The position numbers and the translations under genes are program-made. DNA of 64,000 bases, from the NCBI GenBank assembly GCA_037142555.1, contig JBAXAJ010000001.1, positions 104,423-168,422 on the forward strand, in the 5' to 3' direction. Position 1 is the stretch's first letter. Every line of letters begins with the position of its first letter. Below the pieces are notes generated by a model. It made no database searches, had not been told where the DNA came from, and worked only from the letters and a program-made list of their open reading frames with translations. Of this stretch, positions 21,056 through 31,387 are shown piece by piece. The stretch comes from Candidatus Shapirobacteria bacterium. GTDB taxonomy: Bacteria; Patescibacteriota; Microgenomatia; UBA12405.

Positions 21056-21499
21056 ATGGCACAAGAAATTAAAAAAATTACTAAAACTAAAATTATCAAA
21101 ACTAAAGCAGTTTCTCCTGTTGTTGAAGCTCCAAAAGTTGAAAAAGTTGCTTTCCAAGTAGCTAAATATGTTAACAAGAATCTAATGATTTCTCCTCGAA
21201 AACTTAGACTTCTAGTTAATAATATTAAAAAATTAGCTCCAAAAGAAGCTTTATTAAGATTAAAATTCACCAACACTAAAGCAGCTCGAGTTATGGTTCA
21301 AGCTCTCCAAAACATAATTTCCGATGCTAAGAACAATTTTAACCTAGACACTGATTCACTAAAATTTGATATTATAAAGGTCGACGAAGCTTTAAAGATT
21401 AAGAGAATGGACAAATCACACGGATCTCGATTTGCTCGTGGTCTTATCATGAAAAGACACAGTCGCTTAACTATACACGTTAAAGGGGTTCAAAAATAA
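21056..21499 (+). CDS. rplV: 50S ribosomal protein L22 (with an N-terminal extension)
   Basis: Operon order; L22-like core (…ISPRKLRLLVNNIK…). Confidence 0.85.
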   Translation: MAQEIKKITKTKIIKTKAVSPVVEAPKVEKVAFQVAKYVNKNLMISPRKLRLLVNNIKKLAPKEALLRLKFTNTKAARVMVQALQNIISDAKNNFNLDTDSLKFDIIKVDEALKIKRMDKSHGSRFARGLIMKRHSRLTIHVKGVQK

Positions 21500-21501
21500 T
21501 T

Positions 21502-22143
21502 ATGGGACAAAAAGTTAATCCAATTGGTTTCAGATTAGAAACCGTCAAAAATAGTCCAGAATGGCAATCTTCTTGGTATGCCAACACTAAACAATATGCA
21601 ATTTATCTTTTAGAAGATAAAAAAATCAGAGATCATCTTCAAAAGAAGCTCTATTCTGCTGGTGTTGTTGCTTTAAGAATCGAAAGATCAACTAAAAAAA
21701 TTAAATTAATAATCATCGTTTCTCGACCAGGTCTAGTAATCGGTCGTGGTGGTAAAGAACTAGAAACCCTTAAAAAAGAAATTCAAAAAATAATTTCTTC
21801 AGCTAAAGGTAAACAAAGTGTCGAAATCCAAGTCGAAGAATTCAAAAACGTTGATTTATCAGCAAAACTAATCGCTGAAAAAATTGCTTACCAACTTACT
21901 AAAAGAATGCCTTACCGCCGAGTAGTTCTTTCCTCTATGGAAAAATCTATTTCTGCAGGTGCTAAAGGTATTAAGATAGTTCTATCTGGAAGAATTAACG
22001 GTTCCGAAATCGGTCGCCGCGAAAAATTCTCAGAAGGTAAAGTTCCGTTAAGCACAATTCGTTCAATAATTGATTATCACGAATGCCCATCTTTAACCAG
22101 ATCAGGCTACATCGGAGTTAAAGTTTATTTATGTTTAGGCTAA
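21502..22143 (+). CDS. rpsC: 30S ribosomal protein S3
   Basis: MGQKVNPIGFRL… KH domain. Confidence 0.95.
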   Translation: MGQKVNPIGFRLETVKNSPEWQSSWYANTKQYAIYLLEDKKIRDHLQKKLYSAGVVALRIERSTKKIKLIIIVSRPGLVIGRGGKELETLKKEIQKIISSAKGKQSVEIQVEEFKNVDLSAKLIAEKIAYQLTKRMPYRRVVLSSMEKSISAGAKGIKIVLSGRINGSEIGRREKFSEGKVPLSTIRSIIDYHECPSLTRSGYIGVKVYLCLG

Positions 22144-22149
22144 ACCATT

Positions 22150-22554
22150 ATGTTACAACCAAAAAAAACTAAATATCGAAAAGAATTCAGAGGTCGAATG
22201 GCTGGCAACTCAAAAGGTTGTCTCGTCACTTTCGGTGATTTTGGTCTTAAATCTATGGAATGTAGCTGGGTAACTGCTAACCAAATCGAAGCAGCTCGAC
22301 GTGCTATCACTCATTCAACTAAAAGAAGTGGTCGTATGTGGATTCGTATCTTCCCTAACAAACCTTATACTTCAAAAGGTGCTGGTGCTCCATTAGGTGC
22401 TGGAAAAGGTGATGTGAAAGGTTATGTCGCTGTTGTTAGACCAGGAAGAATAATGTTTGAGGTTTCCGGAATTAGTGAAGCCGATGCAAAAGTCGCACTT
22501 AAGTTAGCTGCTGCCAAATTACCGGTAGTTTGCAAAATAGTTAGTAAAAAATAG
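22150..22554 (+). CDS. rplP: 50S ribosomal protein L16
   Basis: MLQPKKTKYRKEFRGRM… matches the L16 N-terminus. Confidence 0.95.
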   Translation: MLQPKKTKYRKEFRGRMAGNSKGCLVTFGDFGLKSMECSWVTANQIEAARRAITHSTKRSGRMWIRIFPNKPYTSKGAGAPLGAGKGDVKGYVAVVRPGRIMFEVSGISEADAKVALKLAAAKLPVVCKIVSKK

Positions 22555-22565
22555 GGGTAGATTTT

Positions 22566-22769
22566 ATGAAAAAAACTGATAAAATTTCCTACAGAGAAAA
22601 AAGTAAAGAAGAGTTACTTAAAAACCTGTCGGAGCTTAGAAATAAGTTTGTGGAAACAAAATCCAAACATGCACATGGAAACCAGAAGGACACTTCTGTG
22701 TTTACTAAAATTAAACATGAGATAGCATATATCTTCACTCTTCTCAAACAAAAATCAAATGACAATTAA
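22566..22769 (+). CDS. rpmC: 50S ribosomal protein L29
   Basis: Operon position and size (67 aa). Confidence 0.8.
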   Translation: MKKTDKISYREKSKEELLKNLSELRNKFVETKSKHAHGNQKDTSVFTKIKHEIAYIFTLLKQKSNDN

Positions 22770-23031
22770 AAAAATTGAAACTACTATTAAAAAAACTGGA
22801 AAAACCTTCATTGGTAAGGTTGTCTCTGATAAAATGACAAACACTCTTGTTGTTTCTTTGGAATACACCAGACGTCATCCAATTTATAAAAAAATTGTTA
22901 CTAAACACAACCACATTTATTCTGAAAACAATCTCAGTGCTAAAACTGGAGATATGATCAAAGTGATGGAAACTCGTCCTCTTAGTAAAATTAAAAGATT
23001 CACTACATTAGAAATTATTAAAAAAGCTTAA
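22759..23031 (+). CDS. rpsQ: 30S ribosomal protein S17
   Basis: …[15 protein letters not shown]… S17 OB-fold motif. Confidence 0.9.
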   Translation: MTIKKIETTIKKTGKTFIGKVVSDKMTNTLVVSLEYTRRHPIYKKIVTKHNHIYSENNLSAKTGDMIKVMETRPLSKIKRFTTLEIIKKA

Positions 23032-23035
23032 AACT

Positions 23036-23407
23036 ATGTCACTCCAACTAAGAAGTATGATCAAACCAGCTGACAATTCCGGAGCTAAACTTGCTCAAGT
23101 AATTCATGTCTATCGAGGTCATTTCCACAAGAAAGGTCATATTGGTGATATTGTTCTAGCTGTTGTTAAAGAAGCCATTCCAAATGGTTTAGTTAAAAAG
23201 AAAGATAAAGTTAAAATGGTTATTGTTAGAACCAAGAAAGAATTCGGTCGAGCTGATGGTTCTTACATCCGTTTCAATGATAACGCTGGTGTTATAATTG
23301 ACTCTCAAAACAATCCTCGAGGCACCAGAATCTTCGGACCAATTGCTCGTGAAATTAAAGATTTAGGTTTTAATAAAATTGCCTCCATGGCAAAAGAGGT
23401 ATATTAA
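23036..23407 (+). CDS. rplN: 50S ribosomal protein L14
   Basis: [11 protein letters not shown]… L14 pattern. Confidence 0.9.
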   Translation: MSLQLRSMIKPADNSGAKLAQVIHVYRGHFHKKGHIGDIVLAVVKEAIPNGLVKKKDKVKMVIVRTKKEFGRADGSYIRFNDNAGVIIDSQNNPRGTRIFGPIAREIKDLGFNKIASMAKEVY

Positions 23408-23409
23408 CT

Positions 23410-23736
23410 ATGAAAATATTAAAAGGCGATAAAGTAAAAATTATGATTGGTAAAGACAAAGGCCGTGAAGGTCTAGTTGCCAAAAGTTTTCCTAAGAAAG
23501 CTAAAATTGTTGTTGAAGGTTTAAACACTTTCAAAAAACATGTCAAACCATCTCAAGGTAAAGCTGGATCAATAGTTGAAAGAGAAAGACCTCTTTTAGC
23601 TTGTAAAGTTGCTCTAATTTGTCCTAACTGTAAAAAAACAACTCGAATTGGTTATCAAGTTGACAAAACTGGTGAAAAATACCGAATTTGCAAAAAATGC
23701 AAATCAATTTTAACCAATACTACTATTAAAAAATAA
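23410..23736 (+). CDS. rplX: 50S ribosomal protein L24
   Basis: KOW motif …KGDKVKIMIGKDKGREG…. Confidence 0.9.
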   Translation: MKILKGDKVKIMIGKDKGREGLVAKSFPKKAKIVVEGLNTFKKHVKPSQGKAGSIVERERPLLACKVALICPNCKKTTRIGYQVDKTGEKYRICKKCKSILTNTTIKK

Positions 23737-23738
23737 CT

Positions 23739-24287
23739 ATGTTAAAAGATATTATAAATACTGATATTAAAGAAGAATTGATTAAACTTCTAGGTAAAAA
23801 GAAAAATGTTTTTTCTTTGCCTAAACTAAATAAAGTTGTAATCAATTATCGTGTCAATGATGCTAGAGACAGCCAAGAATCTCTTGAAGCTGCTATTGTT
23901 GAAATTAATGCTATTACTGGCCAAAAACCAAAATTATGTAAAGCTAAAAAAGCTATCTCTTCATTCAAAGTCAGACAAGGTGATCCATTAGCTCTTAAAG
24001 TCACTCTTAGAGGCATCAGAATGTATGACTTCACTGAAAAACTATTCAACATAGTTCTTCCTCGTCTTCGTGATTTCAAAGGTTTACCTTTAAAATCTTT
24101 TGATGGTGAAGGTAACTATAATTTAACTATCAAAGACCAAACCTATTTTCCTGAAGTTAACCTTGATAAAGTTAATAAAATTAGACCTATTCAAATAACA
24201 TTAGGAATAACTGCCTCTTCAAAAGAAGATGCAAAAATGTTACTATCGACGCTAGGCTTACCTTTTGAAAAAGAGGCAAATAACTAA
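23739..24287 (+). CDS. rplE: 50S ribosomal protein L5
   Basis: Operon order; L5-like translation. Confidence 0.9.
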   Translation: MLKDIINTDIKEELIKLLGKKKNVFSLPKLNKVVINYRVNDARDSQESLEAAIVEINAITGQKPKLCKAKKAISSFKVRQGDPLALKVTLRGIRMYDFTEKLFNIVLPRLRDFKGLPLKSFDGEGNYNLTIKDQTYFPEVNLDKVNKIRPIQITLGITASSKEDAKMLLSTLGLPFEKEANN

Positions 24288-24289
24288 AT

Positions 24290-24475
24290 ATGGCTAATAA
24301 AGCAAAAATAGTTCGAGAAACTAAAAAATTAAAGTTTAGTGTACGACATCACAACAGATGTTCTATCTGTGGCCGTCCACGAGGATTTATTCGTTTATTC
24401 GGCGTTTGCCGCATCTGCTTCCGTAAGTTAGCCCATTCAGGCATGCTTCCTGGTGTTAAAAAAGCTAGTTGGTAA
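24290..24475 (+). CDS. rpsN: 30S ribosomal protein S14 type Z (zinc-ribbon, 61 aa)
   Basis: C-x2-C…C-x2-C (CSICGRP…CRICFR) and a short length. Confidence 0.9.
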   Translation: MANKAKIVRETKKLKFSVRHHNRCSICGRPRGFIRLFGVCRICFRKLAHSGMLPGVKKASW

Positions 24476-24485
24476 ATAAAAAAAT

Positions 24486-24875
24486 ATGATTTATTCATTA
24501 TCTACAGATTTCTTAATCAGAGTTAAAAATGGTTCCATGGCCAGCAGAAAAACTATTACTGCTCCAGGATCCAAATTTAGCGAACACATTGCTCAACTAA
24601 TGAAAAAATACGGTTATATTGCCGATTTTTCAGTTGAAGGTGATGCTATTAAAACTATTACTATTAAATTGGCCTATGAAAATGGTCAACCAAAAATCAG
24701 TAATGTTAAACTTTTCTCTAAGCCTGGTCGAAGAATGTATGAAAAATCATCTTCTCTTCCATGGGGTAAAACTCCAAACTCATTAATCATTATCTCCACC
24801 AGCAGTGGCGTTATGTCTCAAAAAGAGGCTAAGGTCAAAGGCCTAGGTGGCGAACTCATTGCCGAAATTTGGTAA
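24486..24875 (+). CDS. rpsH: 30S ribosomal protein S8
   Basis: Operon order; S8-like translation. Confidence 0.9.
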   Translation: MIYSLSTDFLIRVKNGSMASRKTITAPGSKFSEHIAQLMKKYGYIADFSVEGDAIKTITIKLAYENGQPKISNVKLFSKPGRRMYEKSSSLPWGKTPNSLIIISTSSGVMSQKEAKVKGLGGELIAEIW

Positions 24876-24881
24876 ACATTT

Positions 24882-25421
24882 ATGTCAAGAATAGGTAAAC
24901 AACCAATCACTATCCCAGCCGGAGTCACTATCAATATTGATGGTACAAAAGTCACTGTAACTGGTCCAAAAGGAACTTTAGACTTAAACTTCTCTCCAAG
25001 AATTAAAGTTGAAGTCATTGAAAATGAAGTTATAGTCACTAGACTTGGTGAAGATAAAAAAACCAAAGCTAATCACGGAACAACCAGAGCTCATATTAAT
25101 AATATGGTTCAAGGTGTCCAAACTCACTGGAAAAAAGAATTAGAAATTAAAGGAACAGGTTACAAAGCTTCTTTAAACGGTAATAAACTAAGACTTAACG
25201 TTGGTTACATCCACCCAGTCGATGTTGAAGCTCCAGTCGGTATTCAATTTGAACTCCCAGAAGATACTAAAATTATCATTACCGGTGCTAATAAAGAAGT
25301 AGTTGGACAAGTCGCCAGCAACATTCGTAAAATTAGAAAGCCAGAACCTTACAAAGGTAAAGGTATTCGATATGCTGATGAAGTTATTAAACTTAAAGCA
25401 GGTAAAAAAGCTAAAGCTTAA
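24882..25421 (+). CDS. rplF: 50S ribosomal protein L6
   Basis: MSRIGKQPITIPAGV… L6 N-terminus. Confidence 0.95.
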   Translation: MSRIGKQPITIPAGVTINIDGTKVTVTGPKGTLDLNFSPRIKVEVIENEVIVTRLGEDKKTKANHGTTRAHINNMVQGVQTHWKKELEIKGTGYKASLNGNKLRLNVGYIHPVDVEAPVGIQFELPEDTKIIITGANKEVVGQVASNIRKIRKPEPYKGKGIRYADEVIKLKAGKKAKA

Positions 25422-25427
25422 ACAAAT

Positions 25428-25769
25428 ATGATTATTCAAAATGCAAAATTAAGAAGATTAAAAAGAGTTAGAAAGAAACTAGCTCAAAATGTAGGTATCC
25501 CAAGACTTTCAGTCTTCCGCAGTAATCAACACATTTGGGCTCAAATTATTGACGACAAACACGGTCGAACTCTAGTTTCTGCTTCAACTAAAACTACCAA
25601 GACTAAAGGTACTAAAACTGAAAAAGCTTTCGCTATTGGTGAAGCTATTGCAGTTCTTGCTCAAGACAAAAAAATCGTTAATATTAGATTTGATCGCGGT
25701 TTATACCGTTACCATGGCCGAGTTAAAGCTCTTGCTGAAGGTGCCAGATCTAAAGGTTTAAATTTTTAA
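25428..25769 (+). CDS. rplR: 50S ribosomal protein L18
   Basis: Operon order; L18-like translation (…RLSVFRSNQHIWAQ…). Confidence 0.9.
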   Translation: MIIQNAKLRRLKRVRKKLAQNVGIPRLSVFRSNQHIWAQIIDDKHGRTLVSASTKTTKTKGTKTEKAFAIGEAIAVLAQDKKIVNIRFDRGLYRYHGRVKALAEGARSKGLNF

Positions 25770-25774
25770 AATAT

Positions 25775-26254
25775 ATGACTCCAGACACACATCAAAATAA
25801 AAGATTTGAAAGATATGAAAAACCAGTCAGTGAATTTTCTGAAAAGGTTGTTCAAATCAAAAGAGTATCTAAAAAAACTAAAGGTGGAAATCAAATCCAT
25901 TTTACTGCTCTTGTAGTTTCTGGTGACAAAAAATCACGAGTCGGTGTTGGTCTTGGAAAAGCTAAAAGCGTTTCTGAAGCTATTCAAAAGGGAATTAAAA
26001 AAGCTCAAAAAAATATGCTTACTGTTCCAATGGTTAATGGAACTATCTCTGCTTCTATTCAACTTAAATTTAAAGGTGCTGTCGTTTTAATTAGACCAGG
26101 AAAAGAGGGAAGTGGTTTAATTGCTGGTGGACCAGTCAGATCAGTTGTCGAACTAGCTGGAATTAAAGATATCGTTTCAAAAATTATTGGTTCTAAAAAC
26201 AAAGCAATTAACGTTTGGGCTACTCTCAAAGCTCTATCAACATTAAAGAAATAA
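25775..26254 (+). CDS. rpsE: 30S ribosomal protein S5
   Basis: …VVQIKRVSKKTKGG…VGLGKAKSV… S5 motifs. Confidence 0.95.
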   Translation: MTPDTHQNKRFERYEKPVSEFSEKVVQIKRVSKKTKGGNQIHFTALVVSGDKKSRVGVGLGKAKSVSEAIQKGIKKAQKNMLTVPMVNGTISASIQLKFKGAVVLIRPGKEGSGLIAGGPVRSVVELAGIKDIVSKIIGSKNKAINVWATLKALSTLKK

Positions 26255-26258
26255 CACT

Positions 26259-26708
26259 ATGGAAATCTTAAATAAATTAAATAAAACTACTACTAAATCA
26301 AAAAGAAGACTCGGTCGAGGAATCGGTTCTGGAAATGGGGGTCACACTGTTGGTCGTGGTGCTAAAGGTGACAAAGCTCGAGGTAAAAACAAATTAACTT
26401 TCGATGGTCAAAAAATCAAAAAATCTTGGATTAAACGTCTACCTTTCTTAAGAGGTAAACACCGAACCCTTAAAAGAAATGAAACTATGGTTCTAAATCT
26501 TAATCATCTAGAAAAATGGTTCAAAAAAGACGAAGTTGTCGATCTTAACTCAATCTCTAAAAAAATTAAATTATCACCAAAAGATCTCATTGGTAGAATC
26601 AAAATTCTTTCCGATGGAGAACTCACAAAAGCTTTAACTATAAAGAATGTTTTAGTATCAAAAGATGCTGCTAAAAAAATTATTGCTGCCGGTGGTAATA
26701 TAGATTAA
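26259..26708 (+). CDS. rplO: 50S ribosomal protein L15
   Basis: …[16 protein letters not shown]… L15 motif. It starts 4 nt after rpsE, which leaves no room for rpmD. Confidence 0.95.
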   Translation: MEILNKLNKTTTKSKRRLGRGIGSGNGGHTVGRGAKGDKARGKNKLTFDGQKIKKSWIKRLPFLRGKHRTLKRNETMVLNLNHLEKWFKKDEVVDLNSISKKIKLSPKDLIGRIKILSDGELTKALTIKNVLVSKDAAKKIIAAGGNID

Positions 26709-27988
26709 TGAATCAGTTAACTAAGACTCTCTCTCTATATATTGAAGGATTTAAAACTCCTCTTTTTAGAAAAAAATTATTATGGACTATCGGAATTTTA
26801 ATATTTTTTCGATTCATCGCCCACATTCCTGTTCCAGGTGTTAATCTAGCTCTTCTTCGCCAATTCTTTGCTCAAAATCAACTTCTCTCTTTATTAGACA
26901 TTTTTTCTGGAGGAACCTTAGCCAATTTTTCAATTGCCGCTTTAGGTTTAAATCCATACATCAATGCCTCAGTTATGATGCAACTTCTAGCCTTAATTGT
27001 TCCCAAAATTGAAGAACTTCAAAAAGAAGGGGAATATGGTCGAGCTAAAATTAATCAATATACTCGAATGGCCACCATTCCTTTTGCCATCATCAACGGT
27101 TTAGGTATGTTTGCCATCTTAAAATCCCAAAATATCATCACTAGTTTCACTCCTTTAACTATTGTCGGCATGGTCGCCAGCATGGTCGCTGGAACAATGC
27201 TTATGATTTTCCTTGGAGAAATGATCAACAGCCATGGTGTTGGTAATGGAATTTCTATGTTGATTTTTGCCGGAATCGTTTCTCGTCTACCAACCAGTTT
27301 CATCAAAACTGCCAGTGTCACCGATTTCTCTAATCCTCAAACAAGTTTGAATATCCTTATTTTTGCCATTCTAGCTGTAGTATTAGTTCTAGGCATTGTC
27401 ATGGTTGAAGAAGCAATCCTTCGAGTACCGATTAATTATGCTAAAAGGGCTCAAGTAACCTATCTACCAATAAAAGTTAACACAGCCGGTGTTATGCCTA
27501 TCATTTTCGCTGTTTCTCTAGCCACTGCACCATCATTAATTGGCCAATTTTTAGGCAAAGTTCCAAATCAATTTGTCGCTAATTTTGCCAATGGCTTTGC
27601 TCACTTTTTCCGAGCTGACAGTTATTTTTATATGATTTTCTATTTTCTCTTAGTCATTGGTTTCACTTTTTTCTACACTTCAGTCATTTTCAAACCAAAA
27701 GACATTGCTGAAGAACTAAGAAAATCTGGTGGATTCATCCCTGGCATCAGACCAGGCATTTCTACCGAAAAAAGACTTCAATATGTGATCAATCGGGTTA
27801 TTATCATTGGAGCCGTATTTTTAGGCTTCATTGCTGTTTCTCCATCAATTGTTCAAAAAATGACTGGAATTACTACCTTAACCATCGGTGGAACCAGTAT
27901 CTTAATCGTCGTCTCTGTTGTTCTAGAATTAACTAGAAAACTAGAAAATGTTGTTCAAATGCACAACTACGACAAAATTAGTTATTAA
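26708..27988 (+). CDS. secY: Protein translocase subunit SecY
   Basis: 426 aa with about 10 predicted hydrophobic helices; it sits in the conserved position after rplO. Confidence 0.95.
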   Translation: MNQLTKTLSLYIEGFKTPLFRKKLLWTIGILIFFRFIAHIPVPGVNLALLRQFFAQNQLLSLLDIFSGGTLANFSIAALGLNPYINASVMMQLLALIVPKIEELQKEGEYGRAKINQYTRMATIPFAIINGLGMFAILKSQNIITSFTPLTIVGMVASMVAGTMLMIFLGEMINSHGVGNGISMLIFAGIVSRLPTSFIKTASVTDFSNPQTSLNILIFAILAVVLVLGIVMVEEAILRVPINYAKRAQVTYLPIKVNTAGVMPIIFAVSLATAPSLIGQFLGKVPNQFVANFANGFAHFFRADSYFYMIFYFLLVIGFTFFYTSVIFKPKDIAEELRKSGGFIPGIRPGISTEKRLQYVINRVIIIGAVFLGFIAVSPSIVQKMTGITTLTIGGTSILIVVSVVLELTRKLENVVQMHNYDKISY

Positions 27989-27998
27989 TTAGAAAAAC

Positions 27999-28589
27999 AT
28001 GTCAAAAGAAACAAATCTATTCATAATTGGTCCATCAGGCTGTGGTAAATCAACTCAAGCAAAATTAATTGCTGAAAAATATTCTTTAACTCATTACTCA
28101 ATGGGTCAACTATTGCGCGACGAAATGGCTAGTAAGTCAGAATTAGGCTTAAGAGCTCAATCTTATGTTGACGGTGGGACCTGGGCTCCAGATGAGCTTG
28201 TTATCGATATCCTTGAATCAAACTTAGATAAAGTTAATAATCAAAACTTCATTGTTGATGGTTTCCCAAGAATGGTCAACCAAGGCATCCAAATTGAAGA
28301 ATATCTTGATTCAAAAAACAATCCAATGTCCTATCTTATTCTTTTAGACGTCACTTTTGAAGAAATTATGACCAGAAGACAAAATTCAGGTCAAGCTTTT
28401 CAAGATGCTTCCAGAACTGACAACACCCCAGAAGCTATTGCTCAACGCCAAAAATCATACGATGACACTATAAATCCTATTATTGAACACTACCAAAGTG
28501 AAGGTAAATTGATCAAAGTTGATGGCAACAGACAAATTGAACCAATATTTAATGACATTTGCCAAATAATTGATAAAATTAATAATTAA
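27999..28589 (+). CDS. adk: Adenylate kinase
   Basis: P-loop IIGPSGCGKSTQA; located after secY. Confidence 0.9.
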   Translation: MSKETNLFIIGPSGCGKSTQAKLIAEKYSLTHYSMGQLLRDEMASKSELGLRAQSYVDGGTWAPDELVIDILESNLDKVNNQNFIVDGFPRMVNQGIQIEEYLDSKNNPMSYLILLDVTFEEIMTRRQNSGQAFQDASRTDNTPEAIAQRQKSYDDTINPIIEHYQSEGKLIKVDGNRQIEPIFNDICQIIDKINN

Positions 28590-28595
28590 ACAAAA

Positions 28596-28802
28596 ATGAC
28601 AAAAGACCCAACAGTCAAAGGACAAATAACAGAGGTATTGCCTAACTCCCTTTTTCGGGTTAAACTCGAAAACGGTAATGACATAATTGCCCACTTGGCG
28701 GGAAAATTAAGAATGCACCGCATTCGAGTTATGACCGGTGATTCCGTTTCTTTAGTCCTAAGTCCAGAAGGAGAAAAAGGTCGAATCGTCTATCGCATAT
28801 AA
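28596..28802 (+). CDS. infA: Translation initiation factor IF-1
   Basis: …GQITEVLPNSLFRVKLENGNDIIAHLAGKLR… S1-like fold. Confidence 0.95.
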   Translation: MTKDPTVKGQITEVLPNSLFRVKLENGNDIIAHLAGKLRMHRIRVMTGDSVSLVLSPEGEKGRIVYRI

Positions 28803-28817
28803 ATTTAAATTTAGTCT

Positions 28818-28846
28818 TTGATATTCTAATCTTTTTAGGTTACAAT
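28818..28846 (+). promoter_or_regulatory. Putative promoter TTGATA-17-TACAAT upstream of rpmJ
   Basis: ttgata ttctaatctttttaggt tacaat, read from the sequence. Confidence 0.4.
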
Positions 28847-28859
28847 ATCCAAGTTCCTT

Positions 28860-28973
28860 ATGAAAGTAAAATCTAGTATTAAAACCCGTTGTAAAAATTG
28901 TAAGATAGTTATCCGTAGAGGAGCTAGACGCGTTATATGTTCTACAAAAAGGCATACCCAAAGACAGGGTTAA
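28860..28973 (+). CDS. rpmJ: 50S ribosomal protein L36
   Basis: [37 protein letters not shown], 37 aa with a zinc-ribbon C-x2-C…C…H. It is too short to appear in the ORF track. Confidence 0.9.
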   Translation: MKVKSSIKTRCKNCKIVIRRGARRVICSTKRHTQRQG

Positions 28974-28979
28974 TCAAAT

Positions 28980-29387
28980 ATGAGAATAGTTGGTGTTGAA
29001 ATTCCAGATAACGAAAGAGCCGAAGTTGGTTTAACTCGTTTTTTTGGTATTGGAAAAACAAATGTAAAACAAGTGGCTAAAATGGCCAATATTGCTTTAG
29101 ATACTAGAATTAAAGACTTATCTCGAGATGATGTTTCTCGATTAATGAAAGTTCTTGAATCTTTTGTTATTGAAGGTGACCTTAAAAAGGAAATCAGAGA
29201 AAACATTGATCGCTTAAAAGCAATCAGAACTTATCGAGGCATTCGTCACATTGTTAATTTACCAGTCAGAGGTCAACGAACTAAAACTAACTCTCGAACC
29301 CGAAAAGGTAAGAAGAAGACAGTCGGTTCATTAACCAAAGAAGCATGGGCAAAAATTGAAGCAAATCAAAAAGCTGCTAATAAATAA
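28980..29387 (+). CDS. rpsM: 30S ribosomal protein S13
   Basis: MRIVGVEIPDNERAEVGLTRFFGIG… S13 N-terminus. Confidence 0.95.
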   Translation: MRIVGVEIPDNERAEVGLTRFFGIGKTNVKQVAKMANIALDTRIKDLSRDDVSRLMKVLESFVIEGDLKKEIRENIDRLKAIRTYRGIRHIVNLPVRGQRTKTNSRTRKGKKKTVGSLTKEAWAKIEANQKAANK

Positions 29388-29398
29388 TTAAAATAAAA

Positions 29399-29806
29399 AT
29401 GGCTCAAACTACTAAAACTAAAAAAACTATAACTAATAAAAAGAAAGTATACAAAAATGTTGCTGAAGGCAGATTGTATATTCAATCAACTTTCAATAAC
29501 ACCCTTGTTACTGTCACTGATGTTAAAGGTCACACTTTAGCTTGGTCAAGTTCAGGTCATTGTGGTTTTAAAGGAGCTAGAAAATCTACTCCATTTGCTG
29601 CCACTACTGCTATCGAGAGAACTCTCGAAGAAGCAAAAAAATATGGTGTTAAAAAATTAGAAGTTTATTTGAAGGGTCCAGGTGCTGGTCGAGATGCTGC
29701 TTTGCGATATCTCCGATCAAAGAGAGACTTTGATGTCGACATGATTTCCGATGTCACTCCAATTCCACACAATGGTCCTAGACCTCCAAAACAAAGAAGA
29801 GTTTAA
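29399..29806 (+). CDS. rpsK: 30S ribosomal protein S11
   Basis: …TFNNTLVTVTDVKGHTLAWSSSG… S11 motif. Confidence 0.95.
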   Translation: MAQTTKTKKTITNKKKVYKNVAEGRLYIQSTFNNTLVTVTDVKGHTLAWSSSGHCGFKGARKSTPFAATTAIERTLEEAKKYGVKKLEVYLKGPGAGRDAALRYLRSKRDFDVDMISDVTPIPHNGPRPPKQRRV

Positions 29807-29813
29807 AAAAAAT

Positions 29814-30446
29814 ATGTCAAGAATTACTTTAGATACAAAATGTAGACTTTGCCGAAGAGAAGGCACAAAACTTTATATTAAAGGTGAAAGATGTCTTTCA
29901 TCTAAATGTCCTTTAGAAAAGAAAGGTGCTGTTGCTCCAGGTATGCACGGTCTTAAAAACACTAAAAAGCCTACTGATTACGGAATCCAACTTCGAGCTA
30001 AACAAAAAGCTAAGAGAATTTATGGAGTTCAAGAAACTCAATTCCACAACTATTATGATAAATCTAAAAAATTAAAAGGTTTAGTTGGTGACAACTTAAT
30101 GATTCTTCTCGAAAGAAGATTAGATAATGTTGTTTACTCAGCTGGTTTAGCACCTTCAAGATCTGCTGCTAAGCAATTAGTTAGTCATAGACACATCATT
30201 GTTAATGATAAAGTTCTAAACGTTTCTTCTGCTGAAATCAATGTTGGTGATGTCATTTCTCTAAATTCTAAAAATACTAAAAAATACCAAGAAAATCTTC
30301 CACTTTCAGAGAAAGACTTCAAATCTCCAAGCTGGTTAGATGTCAAAAAACAAACTTACACTGCCAAAGTTATTTCTTTACCTATTCGTGAGGAAATCAA
30401 TAATGGTATTGATGTAAATTTAATTGTTGAATATTATTCAAGATAA
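29814..30446 (+). CDS. rpsD: 30S ribosomal protein S4
   Basis: MSRITLDTKCRLCRREGTKLYIKGERC zinc-ribbon S4 N-terminus. ATG at 29814 is in frame with the 29751 start in the ORF track; I take 29814 as the true start because the longer form would overlap rpsK. Confidence 0.9.
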   Translation: MSRITLDTKCRLCRREGTKLYIKGERCLSSKCPLEKKGAVAPGMHGLKNTKKPTDYGIQLRAKQKAKRIYGVQETQFHNYYDKSKKLKGLVGDNLMILLERRLDNVVYSAGLAPSRSAAKQLVSHRHIIVNDKVLNVSSAEINVGDVISLNSKNTKKYQENLPLSEKDFKSPSWLDVKKQTYTAKVISLPIREEINNGIDVNLIVEYYSR

Positions 30447-30466
30447 AAATTAAAAAGGAGAAACCA

Positions 30467-31384
30467 ATGATAGATACTAGTAAATTTAATATTAAAACCG
30501 TTAAGTCAAATGAAGGCTACGGTAAATTCGAACTTAGTCCTCTATTTGGAGGTTTAGGTCATACTTTAGGTAACAGTTTACGCCGTGTTCTTTTGATCAC
30601 CGTTCCTGGTGCTGCCATCACTCGAATCAAGATTGAAGGCACTAATCATATTTTTACCACTCTTCCGGGTGTTAAAGAAGATTTAGTCGAAGTTTCATTA
30701 AATCTTAAAAAGATTAAATTTGATTACAATAAAGATGAACCAATCGTTCTTACTCTAGAAAAGAAAGGTCCAGGAGTTGTCACCGCTGCTGACATCGTTG
30801 ATAATGATCTTTGTAAAGTTACTACTCCAAACCAAATCATCGCTACTCTTGCTGACAGCAAAGCTGTTTTCAAAATGGAATTAACCGTCGAAAGAGGAGT
30901 TGGTTACACTCTCGCTAAAGAACAAAAAACTGACATTGTCGGTGAAATAATTCTTGATGCTACTTTCACTCCAGTCATCAAAGCTAATTACATGGTTGAA
31001 CCTACTCGTTTAGGTAAAAAATCTAACTATGACAAGCTCACTATGGAAATCTGGACTGATGGTTCAGTTGATCCTCTCTATGCTCTAAAATTAGCTGCAA
31101 ATGATTTAATCAATGCTTACAGCCAAATTGCTGATCCAAAAGAATTTGAAGATGAAATAATCACTATTGCTTCTAATCCATCTAATTCCGGTGCTGACAT
31201 TTCTGTTGAAGAAATTGAATTACCTTTAAGAGTCACTAATGCCTTAAAGAAATCTGGTTATGCAACCATCGAAGCCCTCTTAAAAGCTGGCCGACTCGAT
31301 GTTAGTAAAGCTAAAAATGTTGGTGAAAAATCGTTAAAAATCATTGATTCATGGTTAAAAGAAAGATCTTTTAGTTGGAAATAA
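30467..31384 (+). CDS. rpoA: DNA-directed RNA polymerase subunit alpha
   Basis: AAAGGAG Shine-Dalgarno; …FGGLGHTLGNSLRRVLL… N-terminal domain motif. Confidence 0.95.
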   Translation: MIDTSKFNIKTVKSNEGYGKFELSPLFGGLGHTLGNSLRRVLLITVPGAAITRIKIEGTNHIFTTLPGVKEDLVEVSLNLKKIKFDYNKDEPIVLTLEKKGPGVVTAADIVDNDLCKVTTPNQIIATLADSKAVFKMELTVERGVGYTLAKEQKTDIVGEIILDATFTPVIKANYMVEPTRLGKKSNYDKLTMEIWTDGSVDPLYALKLAANDLINAYSQIADPKEFEDEIITIASNPSNSGADISVEEIELPLRVTNALKKSGYATIEALLKAGRLDVSKAKNVGEKSLKIIDSWLKERSFSWK

Positions 31385-31387
31385 ATT

